Positions 8,664-19,467 are shown, numbered from the stretch's first letter. The stretch is DNA of 64,000 nucleotides from an uncultured bacterium (GCA_963727525.1 CAVSGO010000007.1:1056001-1120000), one strand, 5' to 3'. Notes: generated from the letters alone by a model not told the origin. Made by a program: numbers and translations.

Positions 8664-9282
8664 GGTTCGCCTCCTCGCCCACCGTCTGGAGCGCCACCGC
8701 GAGACGTGTCCGCGCGTCCGGCAGATCGCCCTCCGTCACCCGCAGAGGCGCGCCGGCCACCACGGTCACCCGCGACAGCGGGCGCGGCACGATCGTGCGA
8801 TCCCAGGTCCCCAGCACCATAGCCCGCCGGCAGGCCACTCGCAGGGGCACGATCGGCGCCCCGGCCCGCCAGGCGAGCTGCAACACCCCTTCGCGCACCA
8901 CCCCGGCCGGACCTCGCGGGCCATCCACCGCGAGTCCGAGGTGGTGCCCCTCGCGCAGGGCGCGCAGCAGGCCCACGAAGCCCTCGTATCCATCGTGGCC
9001 CGTGGACCCGCGCACGAAGCCGAATCCGTCGCGTGCGAGCGTACTGACCAGGATATCGCCATCGAGGCTCTTGCTGATCAGCAACCATGGCCGCGACGGA
9101 CGGCAGTAGGCGATGGCCGGCAGGATGTCGCGATGCCAGCAGGCGAAGATCACCGGTTCGGTTACCGGGCCGGGCGCGAGCGGCGACAGGTTGCCACGCC
9201 ACGAACCCGCGAGAAGCCGCCAGCCCGGCGGCGCCAGGGCGAGCTTGAGCTGCTGGATGAGCATGGCGCTCCCCGTCGTCAC
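8650..9282 (-). CDS. DUF374 / LpxJ-like lipid A late acyltransferase
   Basis: 'IFACWH', 'LISKSLDGD', 'VRGST', 'AVDGPRGP', 'TWDR..VPRP'. GTG 9282 overlaps the lpxB stop. Confidence 0.8.
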   Translation of the reverse strand: MTTGSAMLIQQLKLALAPPGWRLLAGSWRGNLSPLAPGPVTEPVIFACWHRDILPAIAYCRPSRPWLLISKSLDGDILVSTLARDGFGFVRGSTGHDGYEGFVGLLRALREGHHLGLAVDGPRGPAGVVREGVLQLAWRAGAPIVPLRVACRRAMVLGTWDRTIVPRPLSRVTVVAGAPLRVTEGDLPDARTRLAVALQTVGEEANRGRA

Positions 9283-10451
9283 GCTCCCGCCCGCTCGTCG
9301 AGAAAGGCGAGCAGGGCCGTGGCCGCACGCCGCCACACGCCGGCCCCTCCGCAGAGCAGACGCAGTCGGTGGCAATCGGCATAGAACTCGTCGCGTCGCC
9401 GGGCCTGGTTCAGGAACGCCAGCAAGGCATTGGCTAGGTGGGTGGGCGCAGCCTGGTCCTGGATCATTTCGGGCACCGCGGGCTTGTCGAGGATGAGGTT
9501 GGATAGCCCGATGTAGGGCACCCGCACGAGCGCCCGCCCGATGGCGTAATTGAAGCCGCTGGTCTGGTAGGCCACCGCGTGCGGCACGCCGGCCAGCGAG
9601 GCCTCGAGGCTCGCCGTGCCACTGCACACGAGGGCGAGGTCGAGGCGCTCCAGCAACAGCGGCAACGGTTCGTCCGTGATCTGGCCCATCTCGCCGACGA
9701 TGGCGGCCAGTTGCGCGCGATCACTGCCCGGCGCCGCGCTCACGAGCACCCGCACCCGACGCTGCCCGAGCCACGACTGGATCATGCCCGCCGCCACCTT
9801 GAAGCGCGGCAAAAGGCGCACGACCTCCTGCTGGCGACTGCCAGGCAACAGGCCCAGGGTGAGCGGCTTGCCGGGATCGTCGCGCCGTGCCTCGCGCTCC
9901 GCGCGCCGCTGGTCGAACGGGAAGCTCGCGTAGTCCTCCATCAGCGGGTGGCCGATGGGGACTACATCGAGACCGCGGGCGCGGAAGTACTCGGGCTCGA
10001 AAGGAAGGATCGTCGCCAACCGATCGACATTGCGACGGAACGCGGCCATCCGCCACGCGCCCCAGGCCCAGAGCTGCGGCGCCACGACGTAGAAGACCGG
10101 GATGCCCTGCCGATGCGCCCGGCCGGCGAGGCCGGTGTTGAAACCCGGGAAGTCGACGGGTACCACCGCGTCGAAATGCTCGCTCGCGAGGTGACGGAAC
10201 ACGCGGCGTCGCGCGCGCAGGATGGCCGGCAGATGCGTGGCCACCTCGCCGAAGCCCATGACTGTGATGTCCCGCGAGGACTGCACCACCGACACGCCGG
10301 CCATGGCGAGCGCCGTGCCGCCCAGCGCCGAGAACCGCAGGTCGGGCGCCTGCTCGCGAAGCGCCGCGACGAGGGCGGCTGCGTAGCGATCGCCGCTCGC
10401 TTCGCCGGTGGAGAGAAAGATGTGGCGCCCGCTGGCGGGGCTTGCGGTCAT
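9279..10451 (-). CDS. lpxB: lipid-A-disaccharide synthase
   Basis: 'STGEASGD', 'VDFPGFN', 'YVVAPQLWAW', 'ILPFE', 'LLPGSR', 'SGTASLE'. Confidence 0.93.
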   Translation of the reverse strand: MTASPASGRHIFLSTGEASGDRYAAALVAALREQAPDLRFSALGGTALAMAGVSVVQSSRDITVMGFGEVATHLPAILRARRRVFRHLASEHFDAVVPVDFPGFNTGLAGRAHRQGIPVFYVVAPQLWAWGAWRMAAFRRNVDRLATILPFEPEYFRARGLDVVPIGHPLMEDYASFPFDQRRAEREARRDDPGKPLTLGLLPGSRQQEVVRLLPRFKVAAGMIQSWLGQRRVRVLVSAAPGSDRAQLAAIVGEMGQITDEPLPLLLERLDLALVCSGTASLEASLAGVPHAVAYQTSGFNYAIGRALVRVPYIGLSNLILDKPAVPEMIQDQAAPTHLANALLAFLNQARRRDEFYADCHRLRLLCGGAGVWRRAATALLAFLDERAGA

Positions 10452-10480
10452 CGCGGCTTCACTCCCGCCGGGAACGCTCG

Positions 10481-11302
10481 TCACCGGACGATGCCGCGCT
10501 CCGAACGCCGGATGAAGGCCATCAGGTCCTCGATGTTCTTCGTCAGCTTGCACTCGCTCGCGATGCGCTCGAGGGCCTGGCTCACGTTGAGCGCCGAACG
10601 ATAAAGCAGCCGGTAGGCTTTCTTGAGGTTGTTGAGTTCCTCGTCCGAGAAGTTGTGGCGCTTCAGACCGATGCTGTTGACGCCCGCCACCTCGATCGGA
10701 TTGCCCGCCACCTTGATGAACGGCGGCACGTCCTGCGGCAGCCTGCTACCGCCACCGACGAAGGCGTAGGATCCGACACGCACGAACTGGTGCACCGGTG
10801 TCATGCCGCCGATGGTGGCGAAGCTCTCCACCTCGACGTGGCCGGCCAGGTTCACCGCGTTGGCGATGACGATGTTGCTGTGGATGTGGCAATTATGTGC
10901 GATGTGCACGTAGGCCATGAGCAGGTTGTGATCGCCCACACGAGTCTTCTCGCCCTCGCCAGTCGCCTGGTGGATCGTGCAGTACTCGCGAATGGTGTTG
11001 TAGTCGCCGATCTCGACGAACGACTCCTCGCCCGCGAACTTGAGATCCTGCGGCTCGCTACCGATGGCGGCGCCGTGGAAGACGCGGTTGCCGCGGCCGA
11101 GGATCGTATTGCCCTCGATCAGCACCGACGAACCAATCTCGCAATCCGGGCCGATCTCGACGTTGGGGCCGATGACCGCGTGTGGTCCGACCTGGACGTT
11201 GTGTTCCAGCTTGGCCTGCGGGTGCACGACCGCGGTCGGGTGGATCACCGCCGGGAGAACCGGACGCGGTCCGGACGTACGCTGGAAGTTCAAGGGCTCC
11301 AC
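10481..11302 (-). CDS. lpxA: acyl-ACP--UDP-N-acetylglucosamine O-acyltransferase
   Basis: Hexapeptide repeats, 'PQDLKF', 'MAYVHIAHNC', 'LAGHVEV', 'HQFVRVG'. GTG 11302 with AAGGAGG RBS. Confidence 0.95.
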   Translation of the reverse strand: MEPLNFQRTSGPRPVLPAVIHPTAVVHPQAKLEHNVQVGPHAVIGPNVEIGPDCEIGSSVLIEGNTILGRGNRVFHGAAIGSEPQDLKFAGEESFVEIGDYNTIREYCTIHQATGEGEKTRVGDHNLLMAYVHIAHNCHIHSNIVIANAVNLAGHVEVESFATIGGMTPVHQFVRVGSYAFVGGGSRLPQDVPPFIKVAGNPIEVAGVNSIGLKRHNFSDEELNNLKKAYRLLYRSALNVSQALERIASECKLTKNIEDLMAFIRRSERGIVR

Positions 11303-11327
11303 GCTGATTCCTCCTTGTCCTGGCAGA

Positions 11328-12641
11328 TCAGGAATCCACCAGGTTAGCCATGAGATCGGCCTCGGCAACCTTTTCGTCGCCGACCGTCGCCACGCCCCGC
11401 ATCTTGCAGATCGGCCCGCGCAGCTTCAGCAACTCCAGGGAGAGCGTGAGCTGATCGCCGGGTACGACCGGACGGCGGAAGCGGGCCCCATCGATGCCGC
11501 TGAAGTAGACCAGTTTGCCGTCGGGCTCATCGACGCTGGTGAGCAGCAACACGCCACCCGCCTGCGCCATGGCCTCGATGATCAGCACCCCGGGCATGAT
11601 GGGATGTCCCGGAAAGTGACCCTGGAAGAATGGCTCGTTGATCGTGACGTTCTTGAGCGCGCGGACACTCCGCTGCGGCACCAGTTCCTGTATCCGATCC
11701 ACGAGCAGGAGCGGATACCGGTGCGGCATGACGTTGAGGATGGATGCGATGTCGAAACCCAGCGGCTGGCGCGGCGGATAGATACGCGTGCTCGCGCGTT
11801 CGAGCTTGGCGAGCTTGCGCGTGAACATCGCGTTGGCCGCGTGGCCGGAACGCGTGGCATGCAGGTGTCCCTGGATTGGCATGCCCAGCAGGGCCACGTC
11901 ACCGAGCAAGTCGAGGATCTTGTGGCGTACGAATTCGTCGGGGAACCGCAGTTCCTGGCCGTCGGCGAGCTTGCCGTCGGCGATCACCAGCGCCGTCTCC
12001 AGGGTGCCGCCCTGGGCCAGCCCCATCTCGCGCAGCTTGTGCACGTCCTCGAGGAAGGCGAACGTGCGCGCCGGCGCAATCTCCTTCGCGAATACATCGG
12101 GACGGATCCGGAACGAGGCGGATTGCTTGCCGATGAACGCGTCCCCGTAGTCGACCGCGAAGGAGATGCGGAACTCGTCCGCCGGTTCCGCCACGACCTC
12201 GATGTCGCCCTGCTGGTAACGGACCGTTGCCGCCACGCGATAGTAGGACGCCGGCAAACCCTGCATGACGATGCCCGAGCTCTCGAGCAGGCGTAGGTAG
12301 GGCAACGCGCTGCCGCACCCGGTGACCGGCGGTTCTGGGCCCTCGAGGTCGAGGTAGCAGTTCGTCACGCCCATACCCATCAGGGCGGCGAGCACGTGTT
12401 CGACGGTGACGATCTTGACGTCGCCCTTGACGAGCGTGGTATTGCGCACGGCTGCATCGACGGTATCGACACTCTCGATGAGGGCCGGCACCTCGACGGA
12501 GCGGCCGTTCTGGCGCACGCGAAAAACGAGCCCCGTATTCGGCGGCGCCGGCGCGAAGGTAAGACGCGTGGTTTCGCCCGTGTGCAGGCCCACGCCCTCG
12601 ACGGACGCCGGCCTGCCGACGGTTCGCTGGAGCCAGATCAC
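11328..12641 (-). CDS. lpxC/fabZ: bifunctional UDP-3-O-acyl-GlcNAc deacetylase / 3-hydroxyacyl-ACP dehydratase
   Basis: LpxC motifs 'GVGLHTG', 'TVEHVLAAL', 'ARTF', 'RHKILDLLGD' followed by FabZ motifs 'PHRYPLLLVD', 'FQGHFPGHPIMPGVLIIEAMAQ'. Confidence 0.95.
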   Translation of the reverse strand: MIWLQRTVGRPASVEGVGLHTGETTRLTFAPAPPNTGLVFRVRQNGRSVEVPALIESVDTVDAAVRNTTLVKGDVKIVTVEHVLAALMGMGVTNCYLDLEGPEPPVTGCGSALPYLRLLESSGIVMQGLPASYYRVAATVRYQQGDIEVVAEPADEFRISFAVDYGDAFIGKQSASFRIRPDVFAKEIAPARTFAFLEDVHKLREMGLAQGGTLETALVIADGKLADGQELRFPDEFVRHKILDLLGDVALLGMPIQGHLHATRSGHAANAMFTRKLAKLERASTRIYPPRQPLGFDIASILNVMPHRYPLLLVDRIQELVPQRSVRALKNVTINEPFFQGHFPGHPIMPGVLIIEAMAQAGGVLLLTSVDEPDGKLVYFSGIDGARFRRPVVPGDQLTLSLELLKLRGPICKMRGVATVGDEKVAEADLMANLVDS

Positions 12642-12644
12642 CGA

Positions 12645-13730
12645 CTAGTCCTCCCGGCCACCGATATCGGCCTGGCCGTCGGCGAGTTCGCCGACCGTGC
12701 GCTGGAGTTGCGCCAAGGTGCGCACCATGTCCGGCAACTTGCGCAGAGCCCCCGCGATGCGGAACGACTCCCGCGCGTCGAGCGCCGGGTATCCGAAGAG
12801 TACGCTGCCGTCTGCCACATCCTTGTGCAGGCCCGACTTGGCACCAACCTTCACGTTGCTGCCGATGGTGAGGTGGTCGGCGATCCCCACCTGCCCACCC
12901 ATGGTCACCCGGTCGCCGATCCGGCAACTGCCGGAGATGCCGGTCTGGGCGCTGATGGCGCCATGCGCGCCGATACTCACGTTGTGTCCGATCTGGACGA
13001 GATTGTCCAGCTTCGAACCGCGACCGATCACGGTCTCGCCGATGGTCGCCCGATCGACGCAGGTGCCGGCCCCGAGTTCCACGTCGTCCTCCAGCACCAC
13101 GATGCCCACCTGCGGCACTTTCTGCAAGCCTTGCGGCCCGGCCAGGTAGCCGAACCCGTCGTTGCCCACGAGGCAGCCCGGCTGCAGGACCACCCGGTCG
13201 CCGACACGGCAGTATTCCCGGATACAGACCTGCGGATAGAAGCGGCAGTCACATCCCACCGTCACATCAGGCCCCAGGACGACGTGTGCCGCGAGCCGAC
13301 TGCCCCTGCCCACCACCGTGCCCGCGCCGATCACGCAGTACGGGCCGATCGCCGCCGCCTGCGCCACGTCGGCCGTGGGGTCGATCACGGCGGTCGGGTG
13401 GATGCCCCGAGGGAACACGCGATCGGGGTCGGCTTCCAGGCGTGCGAGCAACCGCGCGAAGACATGGTAGGGTTGATCCACGCGCAGGGCCGGCCGATCC
13501 GGCACGACGCCGGGCCCCACGATGACCGCCGTGGCCTGGCTCGTCGCGAGCTGAGCTGCGAGTTCCTTCTTGGCGAGGAACGTCAGATCGCCCGGACCCG
13601 CGGTATCCAGTCCCGCGAAGCCCGTGATCATGACGTCACCGTCACCCAGCAACTCGGCGCCGAGTTCCGCGGCCAGATCGCGCAAGCGCATCGACTCCAA
13701 ACGTCGCGACTCCGAGCGCACAGGCTCCAT
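12645..13730 (-). CDS. lpxD: UDP-3-O-(3-hydroxyacyl)glucosamine N-acyltransferase
   Basis: 'GNDGFGY', 'KVPQVG', 'DRATIG', 'KLDNLVQIGHNV'. Start may be ATG 13691. Confidence 0.95.
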   Translation of the reverse strand: MEPVRSESRRLESMRLRDLAAELGAELLGDGDVMITGFAGLDTAGPGDLTFLAKKELAAQLATSQATAVIVGPGVVPDRPALRVDQPYHVFARLLARLEADPDRVFPRGIHPTAVIDPTADVAQAAAIGPYCVIGAGTVVGRGSRLAAHVVLGPDVTVGCDCRFYPQVCIREYCRVGDRVVLQPGCLVGNDGFGYLAGPQGLQKVPQVGIVVLEDDVELGAGTCVDRATIGETVIGRGSKLDNLVQIGHNVSIGAHGAISAQTGISGSCRIGDRVTMGGQVGIADHLTIGSNVKVGAKSGLHKDVADGSVLFGYPALDARESFRIAGALRKLPDMVRTLAQLQRTVGELADGQADIGGRED

Positions 13731-13753
13731 GAGCGATCCCTTTTTTCAAGCAA

Positions 13754-13783
13754 GCCCCCCTTCACAGACCAGCGAAGGGGGGC
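13754..13783 (-). other. GC-rich stem-loop in the lpxD leader (terminator- or attenuator-like)
   Basis: Perfect 10-bp inverted repeat GCCCCCCTTC / GAAGGGGGGC with a 10-nt loop. Confidence 0.5.
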
Positions 13784-13810
13784 ATCTCATGCTGACCTTT
13801 GCGCGGCTTG

Positions 13811-13839
13811 AATTTCGCCGCCATTCTCGGTTTTGTCAA
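13811..13839 (-). promoter_or_regulatory. possible sigma70 promoter for the lpxD operon
   Basis: TTGACA (13839-13834), 17 nt spacer, GAAATT (weak -10). Confidence 0.35.
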
Positions 13840-13855
13840 CACCCGAAGCCGGAGC

Positions 13856-14398
13856 CTATTTCTCCTCGCCGCGCGCCAGAGCCGCCAGGACGTCGTTCGT
13901 GAGGTCGACATCGGGGTCGAGGTAGAGCACGGTAAAGGCCGCGGAATCGATGATGATCCCGAACCCCTTCTCCTTGCCGATACGCTCGGCGATGGTCTTC
14001 ACCTGGTCGATGATCGGACCGATCCTCTCCTTGTATTCCTGCTGGGCCCGCTGGTCGACCTGATCGCGGAACTTGAAGTAGTCGGCCTTCTGGTTCTCCA
14101 GGTCCTGCATCTTGGCATTCAACGCCTCTTCGCCAAGCAGCATCTTCTGGCTATCGATCTCCTCGACCAGGCGCTGCAGATCGCGTTCCTTGTCGCCGAT
14201 CTCCTTCTCGAGATCGCGCAGGAACTTCTGGTACTGCTCCTGCGCGTCACGGGCCGCCTCGTATTCCTCGACGATGCGTTGCGTATCGATGACGCCGAAG
14301 GGCTTGTCCTTGCCGGCCGCGAGCGCGGACGTCGCCGGACACAGGATGCTCACAACGAGTACCAGGGCCACCGCGGGCGCGATGGGGAATCTGCGCAT
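13856..14398 (-). CDS. skp: OmpH/Skp outer membrane chaperone
   Basis: Signal peptide, 'FGVIDTQRI', coiled coil, 'GFGIIID', 'VDLTNDVL'. Sits between bamA and lpxD. Confidence 0.9.
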   Translation of the reverse strand: MRRFPIAPAVALVLVVSILCPATSALAAGKDKPFGVIDTQRIVEEYEAARDAQEQYQKFLRDLEKEIGDKERDLQRLVEEIDSQKMLLGEEALNAKMQDLENQKADYFKFRDQVDQRAQQEYKERIGPIIDQVKTIAERIGKEKGFGIIIDSAAFTVLYLDPDVDLTNDVLAALARGEEK

Positions 14399-14420
14399 AT
14401 TCTCTCCTTCTCCCGTCGGA

Positions 14421-16784
14421 CTAGAACATCGTGCCGATGTTGAAATGGGGTTCCCAGCCGGGTCCCCCGACCTTGTCGAAACCATAACCATAGTCGAAGC
14501 CGATGGTACCCATCATGGGCACGTCGACCCGGATCCCGAAACCCGCCCCCTTGCGCAGGTTGGCGAAATTGGCTTCGGAGAAGCTGTTCCATGTGTCACC
14601 CATGTCCAGGAAGGTGAGCAACTGGACAGCCCGCGTCAACGGATAGAGCACCTCGGTGTTGAAGATCGTGTAGCAGCGGCCGCCGATGAAACTCGGGTTG
14701 CCGCGCGGTACGACCTCGAGATCCTGGTAGCCGCGCAGCGGATACAGACGGTTGCCGCCCAGACGGTACTTCTCGTAATCCGGCACGTTGTCGGCACTGC
14801 CCTTGATGCCGGTGATCAGCCCGAACATGCCCTGCAGGTGAAGGGCGAACCCTCCGGGCAGGCGCTGGTAATACGACTGCTTGAACTGCTGCTCGACGTA
14901 GTCGATCTCCCCGCCCAGGGGGCCGCCGGCCAGGTCGAAGCTGTAAGTGGTACGCGAGCCTCCCGTTGGGAAGAACGGGTTGTCGGTGGAATCGCGGCTG
15001 TACGTGAGGCGCACGCTGCTCTTGGTGCGCGGCCAGTCCACCTTGTCCAGACGCTCGAATGGAAGGTCGTTCACGCCGAGGCTGCTCTCGAGATTGTTCA
15101 GGTAGTTCACGTAGCTCGAGCTGAAGTTCGACAGCCGGGTCTGCGACAACTCGTAGCGCAGACCGACCCGACTGAACCGGGTACCCGGAATCCGCGTGCC
15201 GCCGCGCAAGCTGAAACCGCGGATCCGACTCTCGTAGTAGTCGTCGTAGTTGTACTGGTAGCGATCGAAGAGATCGGCGCCCACCAGGATGGGCTTGCCC
15301 ATGAACCAGGGCTCGGTGAAACTGAGGTCCACGTAGCGGCGGCGGCTGCCGAACTGCCACGTCACTCCGACGTTCTGCCCCTTGCCGCGGAAGTTGCTCT
15401 CCTGAACCTGGATGAAGCCACTCACGCTGGTCTCGGCACTATAGGCGGCGCCGAACATGAACTGGCCGGTCTGGCGTTCCTTCACGTCGAAGAGCAGATC
15501 GAGGTCGCCGCTGTTCGGCACCGACTGGAAGTCGGGACGCACCTCCTCGAAGAACCCCAGCGCCATGGCGTCGCGCACCGAGGCCTCGATGCGCTGGCGG
15601 CTGAAGACGTCGCCCGGGAAGATGCGCAGCTCGCGCAGCAACACCTCGTCGTAGGTCTTGGTGTTGCCCGTCACCCGGATATCGTGAACCTTGGCCGGCT
15701 CGCCCTCGGTGATGGAGAAGTCGACATTCACCTTGTCGCCATCGATCGCCCGCTGCGGCTCCACGGACACATAGATATACCCGCGGTCGGCGTAGAGCGA
15801 CTGCACGTCCTCGAGGGTGGCCAGGTATTCCTTCTCCTTGAACACCTCACCCTGCCGCAGGTCGATGCGCTGGGACACGGCCATGTCGTCGAAGACCTGG
15901 TTGCCATGCCAGTTGACGGTGCCCACGTAGTAGAGCTTGCCTTCCGTGATGTGGATCACGATGTCCAGGCGCTCGCGATTGGGCCGAAAATTCAGCTCGA
16001 TATCGTCCACCGTGGCGTCGAGATACCCGTTGTCCTTGCCGTAGGTGACGATGCGGTCCTTGTCGTCCTCGAACTGCTGCTTCTTGAAGGTGCCGCTCTT
16101 GAGGAAACCCGTGGTGCCCTGCTTCATGGCGCCCCGCAGCCCGCCGGCCGTGAGGTGTTCGTTGCCCACGAAGCTGATGCTCGACACCTTCACCTGCTTG
16201 CCCTCGTCGACGTGGATGACCAGGTCCTCCATGTTGCTGGCGTCGACAACGGTGGAGTCGGTGTTGACCTCGGCGTTGTAGTACCCCTTCTCGTAGTAGA
16301 GATCGCGCAGGGGCTGCAGGTCGCGGGTGATGGCCGCCGGATTGGCGAACTGGCCCACGCTCACGGGGAAAGCATCCCGCAGGTCCTTGTCCTTGATCTT
16401 CTTGTTGCCCTGGAAGCTGATGTCCCGGATGCGCGGAAACTCCCGGAGATTCAGCGTGACCTTCAGGCCGTCGGCCTGCGGCTGCACATACAGGTAGATC
16501 TCGGCGAACTTCTTGGTGGCGAAGAGCCGACGCACGGCCGCAGCGGCGAGGTCGCGCGTGAGCGTCTGCCCGGCGGACAGCCCCGCCCAGGCCTCCACCT
16601 GACTCGCGCCCACCGTGACGGTGCCGACGACCTCGATGGCTGCGATGGCCTGCCCGAGCACCGCGTCGTCGACAGCCGCATCCGCGGCGCTCGGCGGCGT
16701 CTGGGCAAGTGCCAGGGGCGCGACGGCCAGGGCGGCCAGGCAGGCCAGGCCGAGGATCCACGAACGGCAATTGGGCACGCGCAT
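14421..16784 (-). CDS. bamA: outer membrane protein assembly factor BamA
   Basis: POTRA repeats ('ISFQGNKKI', 'GNTKTYDEVLLRE'), 'NFRGKGQ', 'LSFTEPW', 'LRGY', C-terminal F. Confidence 0.95.
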   Translation of the reverse strand: MRVPNCRSWILGLACLAALAVAPLALAQTPPSAADAAVDDAVLGQAIAAIEVVGTVTVGASQVEAWAGLSAGQTLTRDLAAAAVRRLFATKKFAEIYLYVQPQADGLKVTLNLREFPRIRDISFQGNKKIKDKDLRDAFPVSVGQFANPAAITRDLQPLRDLYYEKGYYNAEVNTDSTVVDASNMEDLVIHVDEGKQVKVSSISFVGNEHLTAGGLRGAMKQGTTGFLKSGTFKKQQFEDDKDRIVTYGKDNGYLDATVDDIELNFRPNRERLDIVIHITEGKLYYVGTVNWHGNQVFDDMAVSQRIDLRQGEVFKEKEYLATLEDVQSLYADRGYIYVSVEPQRAIDGDKVNVDFSITEGEPAKVHDIRVTGNTKTYDEVLLRELRIFPGDVFSRQRIEASVRDAMALGFFEEVRPDFQSVPNSGDLDLLFDVKERQTGQFMFGAAYSAETSVSGFIQVQESNFRGKGQNVGVTWQFGSRRRYVDLSFTEPWFMGKPILVGADLFDRYQYNYDDYYESRIRGFSLRGGTRIPGTRFSRVGLRYELSQTRLSNFSSSYVNYLNNLESSLGVNDLPFERLDKVDWPRTKSSVRLTYSRDSTDNPFFPTGGSRTTYSFDLAGGPLGGEIDYVEQQFKQSYYQRLPGGFALHLQGMFGLITGIKGSADNVPDYEKYRLGGNRLYPLRGYQDLEVVPRGNPSFIGGRCYTIFNTEVLYPLTRAVQLLTFLDMGDTWNSFSEANFANLRKGAGFGIRVDVPMMGTIGFDYGYGFDKVGGPGWEPHFNIGTMF

Positions 16785-17019
16785 CGAGGCTTTGACTCCC
16801 CAGGGGTACAGGGTAACAGGTCGCAGCGCCGCAGGGTCGCAATGCTCGCTCGCGATACGGCGGCCGCGGCCACCGGGAGTGGCGCTTCAACGCCAGCAGC
16901 GGTCACGAGTTCCGGACAGCCCGGCGCAATATAAGGCATGGAAAGCATCGTGGGTAGCCCGGGTTGCGGCCCCACCCGCGGGGGCGGGGCCATCCGGGAT
17001 GGCGGGATCGCAGGAGGTC

Positions 17020-19467
17020 CTAGACCTCAGCGCCTTCCTTCGGCATCACCGTGAAGGTGAGTTGCTCGTTCAAGGCGTCGATGCGCAGCCGGCAGTTGTT
17101 GCCCACTTCGCCGCGCAGGAGCTTCTCGCTGAGCGGGTCTTCCAGATGCCGCTGGATGGCCCGGCGCAACGGACGCGCACCCTGTTCAGGGTTGAAACCC
17201 ACCTCGCAGAGCAGTTCCTTGGCCGCTTCGGTGAACTCGAAGTCGATGTGCAAGTTGACCAGGCGCTTGACGACGTCGCGCAGCAGGATATCCACGATGG
17301 TGTAGATGTGATCCCGGGACAGCGCGTCGAAGATGATCAGCTCGTCGATCCGGTTGAGGAACTCGGGGCTGAACGTCTTCTTGAGATCCTGGTTGATGTT
17401 CGCCTGATTGCGCTGGGTCGCGTGGTCATCCTCGTCGCTGCCGAAGCCCACGCCGCGACTGACGTGCGTCTTGCGGTTGCCCACGTTGCTGGTCATGATC
17501 AGCACGGTGTTGCGGAAGTCGACGGTACGGCCGAACGAATCGGTGAGATTGCCGTCCTCCAGCACCTGCAGCAGGATGTTGAACACATCCGGGTGCGCCT
17601 TCTCGATCTCGTCGAGCAGGATCACGGAATAGGGATGCCGGCGCACCTTCTCGGTGAGCATGCCGCCCTCGTCATAGCCCACGTAGCCCGGAGGCGCGCC
17701 CACCAGGCGGGACACCGAGTGCTTCTCCATGTACTCGGACATGTCCACGCGGATCATCGAGGTCTGATCGCCGAAGAGAAACTCCGTCAGGCGACGGGCC
17801 ACCTCGGTCTTGCCCACGCCCGTGGGGCCTAGGAAGATGAACGAGCCGATGGGCCGCTTCGGGTCACGCAAGCCCGCGCGATTGCGCCGGATCGACTTGG
17901 AGACCGCCTCGAGCGCCGCGTCCTGGCCGACGATCCACTGGCGCAGTTCGTCTTCCATGCGCAGCAGCTTGAGGGTCTCCTCCTCCTCCACATCGGTGAC
18001 GGGGATCCCCGTGATGTCGGAGATGACCGTGCAGATGAGGCGCTGATCCACCACCGGGCGCTGCTCGCCGTGGTGATCCTGCCAGCTCTGCTTCATCTCC
18101 ATCAGCTCACGTTTCAGCTCCTTCTCCTTGTCGCGGAAGCCGGCCGCCATCTCGAACTGCTGGGCCTGGATCGCGCTCTCCTTCTCCTTCACGCAATCCT
18201 CGATCTGATCCTCGGTCTTGCGCAGATCGGGTGGCATCTCGGAAGCGTTCAGCCGGGCACGGCTACCGGCCTCGTCGATCACGTCGATCGCCTTGTCGGG
18301 CAGGGAGCGGCCGCTGATGTAGCGGTTCGACAGGAAGACGGCCGACGAGAGCGCCTCCTCATCATAGCTCACGCGGTGGTGAGCCTCGTACTTGTCGCGC
18401 AGGCCAGCCAGGATGCGCACCGTCTCGTCCTCGCTGGGCGGATTCACGGTCACCGGCTGGAAGCGCCGCTCCAGCGCGCCGTCCTTCTCGATGAACTTGC
18501 GGTACTCGTCCATCGTGGTGGCGCCGATGCACTGGATCTCGCCGCGGCTGAGGGCAGGCTTCAGCATGTTCGACGCGTCGATCGCACCCTCGGCGCCGCC
18601 GGCGCCGACGATGGTATGCAACTCGTCGATGAAGATGATGATGTCCGGATTCTCGCGAATCTCGGCCATGATCTGCTTAAGGCGCTCCTCGAACTGGCCA
18701 CGGTATTTCGTCCCCGCCACGACACTTGCGAGGTCGAGCGTGATGATTTCTTTTTCACGCAGCAGGCTCGGCACCTTGTTCTGCACGATGCGCGAGGCGA
18801 AGCCCTCCACGATGGCTGTCTTCCCCACGCCCGGTTCGCCGATGAGCACGGGGTTGTTCTTCTTGCGCCGGCTGAGGATCTGGATCACCCGTTCGATCTC
18901 ACGTTCGCGACCGATCGTGGGGTCGAGCTGATTCTGGCGCGCCATCTCGGTCATGTTGCGGCCGAACTGCTCGAGGACCGGACTCTCCTTCTTTTCCTTC
19001 TTCTTCGACTGCGCGCTGCCCCGCGCCCCCGCGCTGCCGAGGGCCTTCATGACCTCGCGCTTCACCGTCTCGTGGTCGGCGCCCAGGCGGGTGAGCACGT
19101 CAGCGGCGATGCCCTCGCCCTCCCGGATCAGAGCCAGCAGGAGGTGCTCCGTGCCCACGTAGTTGTGGTTGTGCAGGCGGGCCTCGTCGATCGACAGCTC
19201 GAGCACCTTCTTGGCCCGCGGCGTGAACGGAATCTCGCCGATGTTCACAGGTCCGTTCATGGGCGCCACGGTGGCCTCGATCTCCTTCTGGATCCGCTCC
19301 AGATCGATGCCCAGGCGGCGCAGCACGTTGGCCGCAATCCCTTCACCCTCGCGGATGATGCCCAGCAGAAGGTGTTCGGTGCCGATGTATTCGTGTTGTA
19401 GCCGGCTCGCCTCGTCGCGGGCCAGGAACAGGACCTTGCGGACCCTCTGCGTGAACCGGTCGTTCAT
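17020..19467 (-). CDS. clpC: ATP-dependent Clp protease ATP-binding subunit ClpC
   Basis: Two Clp-N repeats (GTEHLLL), 'GEPGVGKT', UVR middle domain, 'GPTGVGKT', 'GAPPGYVGY', 'VGF' ClpP-binding loop. Confidence 0.95.
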   Translation of the reverse strand: MNDRFTQRVRKVLFLARDEASRLQHEYIGTEHLLLGIIREGEGIAANVLRRLGIDLERIQKEIEATVAPMNGPVNIGEIPFTPRAKKVLELSIDEARLHNHNYVGTEHLLLALIREGEGIAADVLTRLGADHETVKREVMKALGSAGARGSAQSKKKEKKESPVLEQFGRNMTEMARQNQLDPTIGREREIERVIQILSRRKKNNPVLIGEPGVGKTAIVEGFASRIVQNKVPSLLREKEIITLDLASVVAGTKYRGQFEERLKQIMAEIRENPDIIIFIDELHTIVGAGGAEGAIDASNMLKPALSRGEIQCIGATTMDEYRKFIEKDGALERRFQPVTVNPPSEDETVRILAGLRDKYEAHHRVSYDEEALSSAVFLSNRYISGRSLPDKAIDVIDEAGSRARLNASEMPPDLRKTEDQIEDCVKEKESAIQAQQFEMAAGFRDKEKELKRELMEMKQSWQDHHGEQRPVVDQRLICTVISDITGIPVTDVEEEETLKLLRMEDELRQWIVGQDAALEAVSKSIRRNRAGLRDPKRPIGSFIFLGPTGVGKTEVARRLTEFLFGDQTSMIRVDMSEYMEKHSVSRLVGAPPGYVGYDEGGMLTEKVRRHPYSVILLDEIEKAHPDVFNILLQVLEDGNLTDSFGRTVDFRNTVLIMTSNVGNRKTHVSRGVGFGSDEDDHATQRNQANINQDLKKTFSPEFLNRIDELIIFDALSRDHIYTIVDILLRDVVKRLVNLHIDFEFTEAAKELLCEVGFNPEQGARPLRRAIQRHLEDPLSEKLLRGEVGNNCRLRIDALNEQLTFTVMPKEGAEV

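Noticed and set aside
11328-12641. LpxC-FabZ fusion as a novelty
   Set aside because: Well known in Bacteroidota and related phyla. Useful only as a taxonomic hint.
16967-16992. GC hairpin after clpC as an intrinsic terminator
   Set aside because: Imperfect stem and no U-tract on the minus strand.
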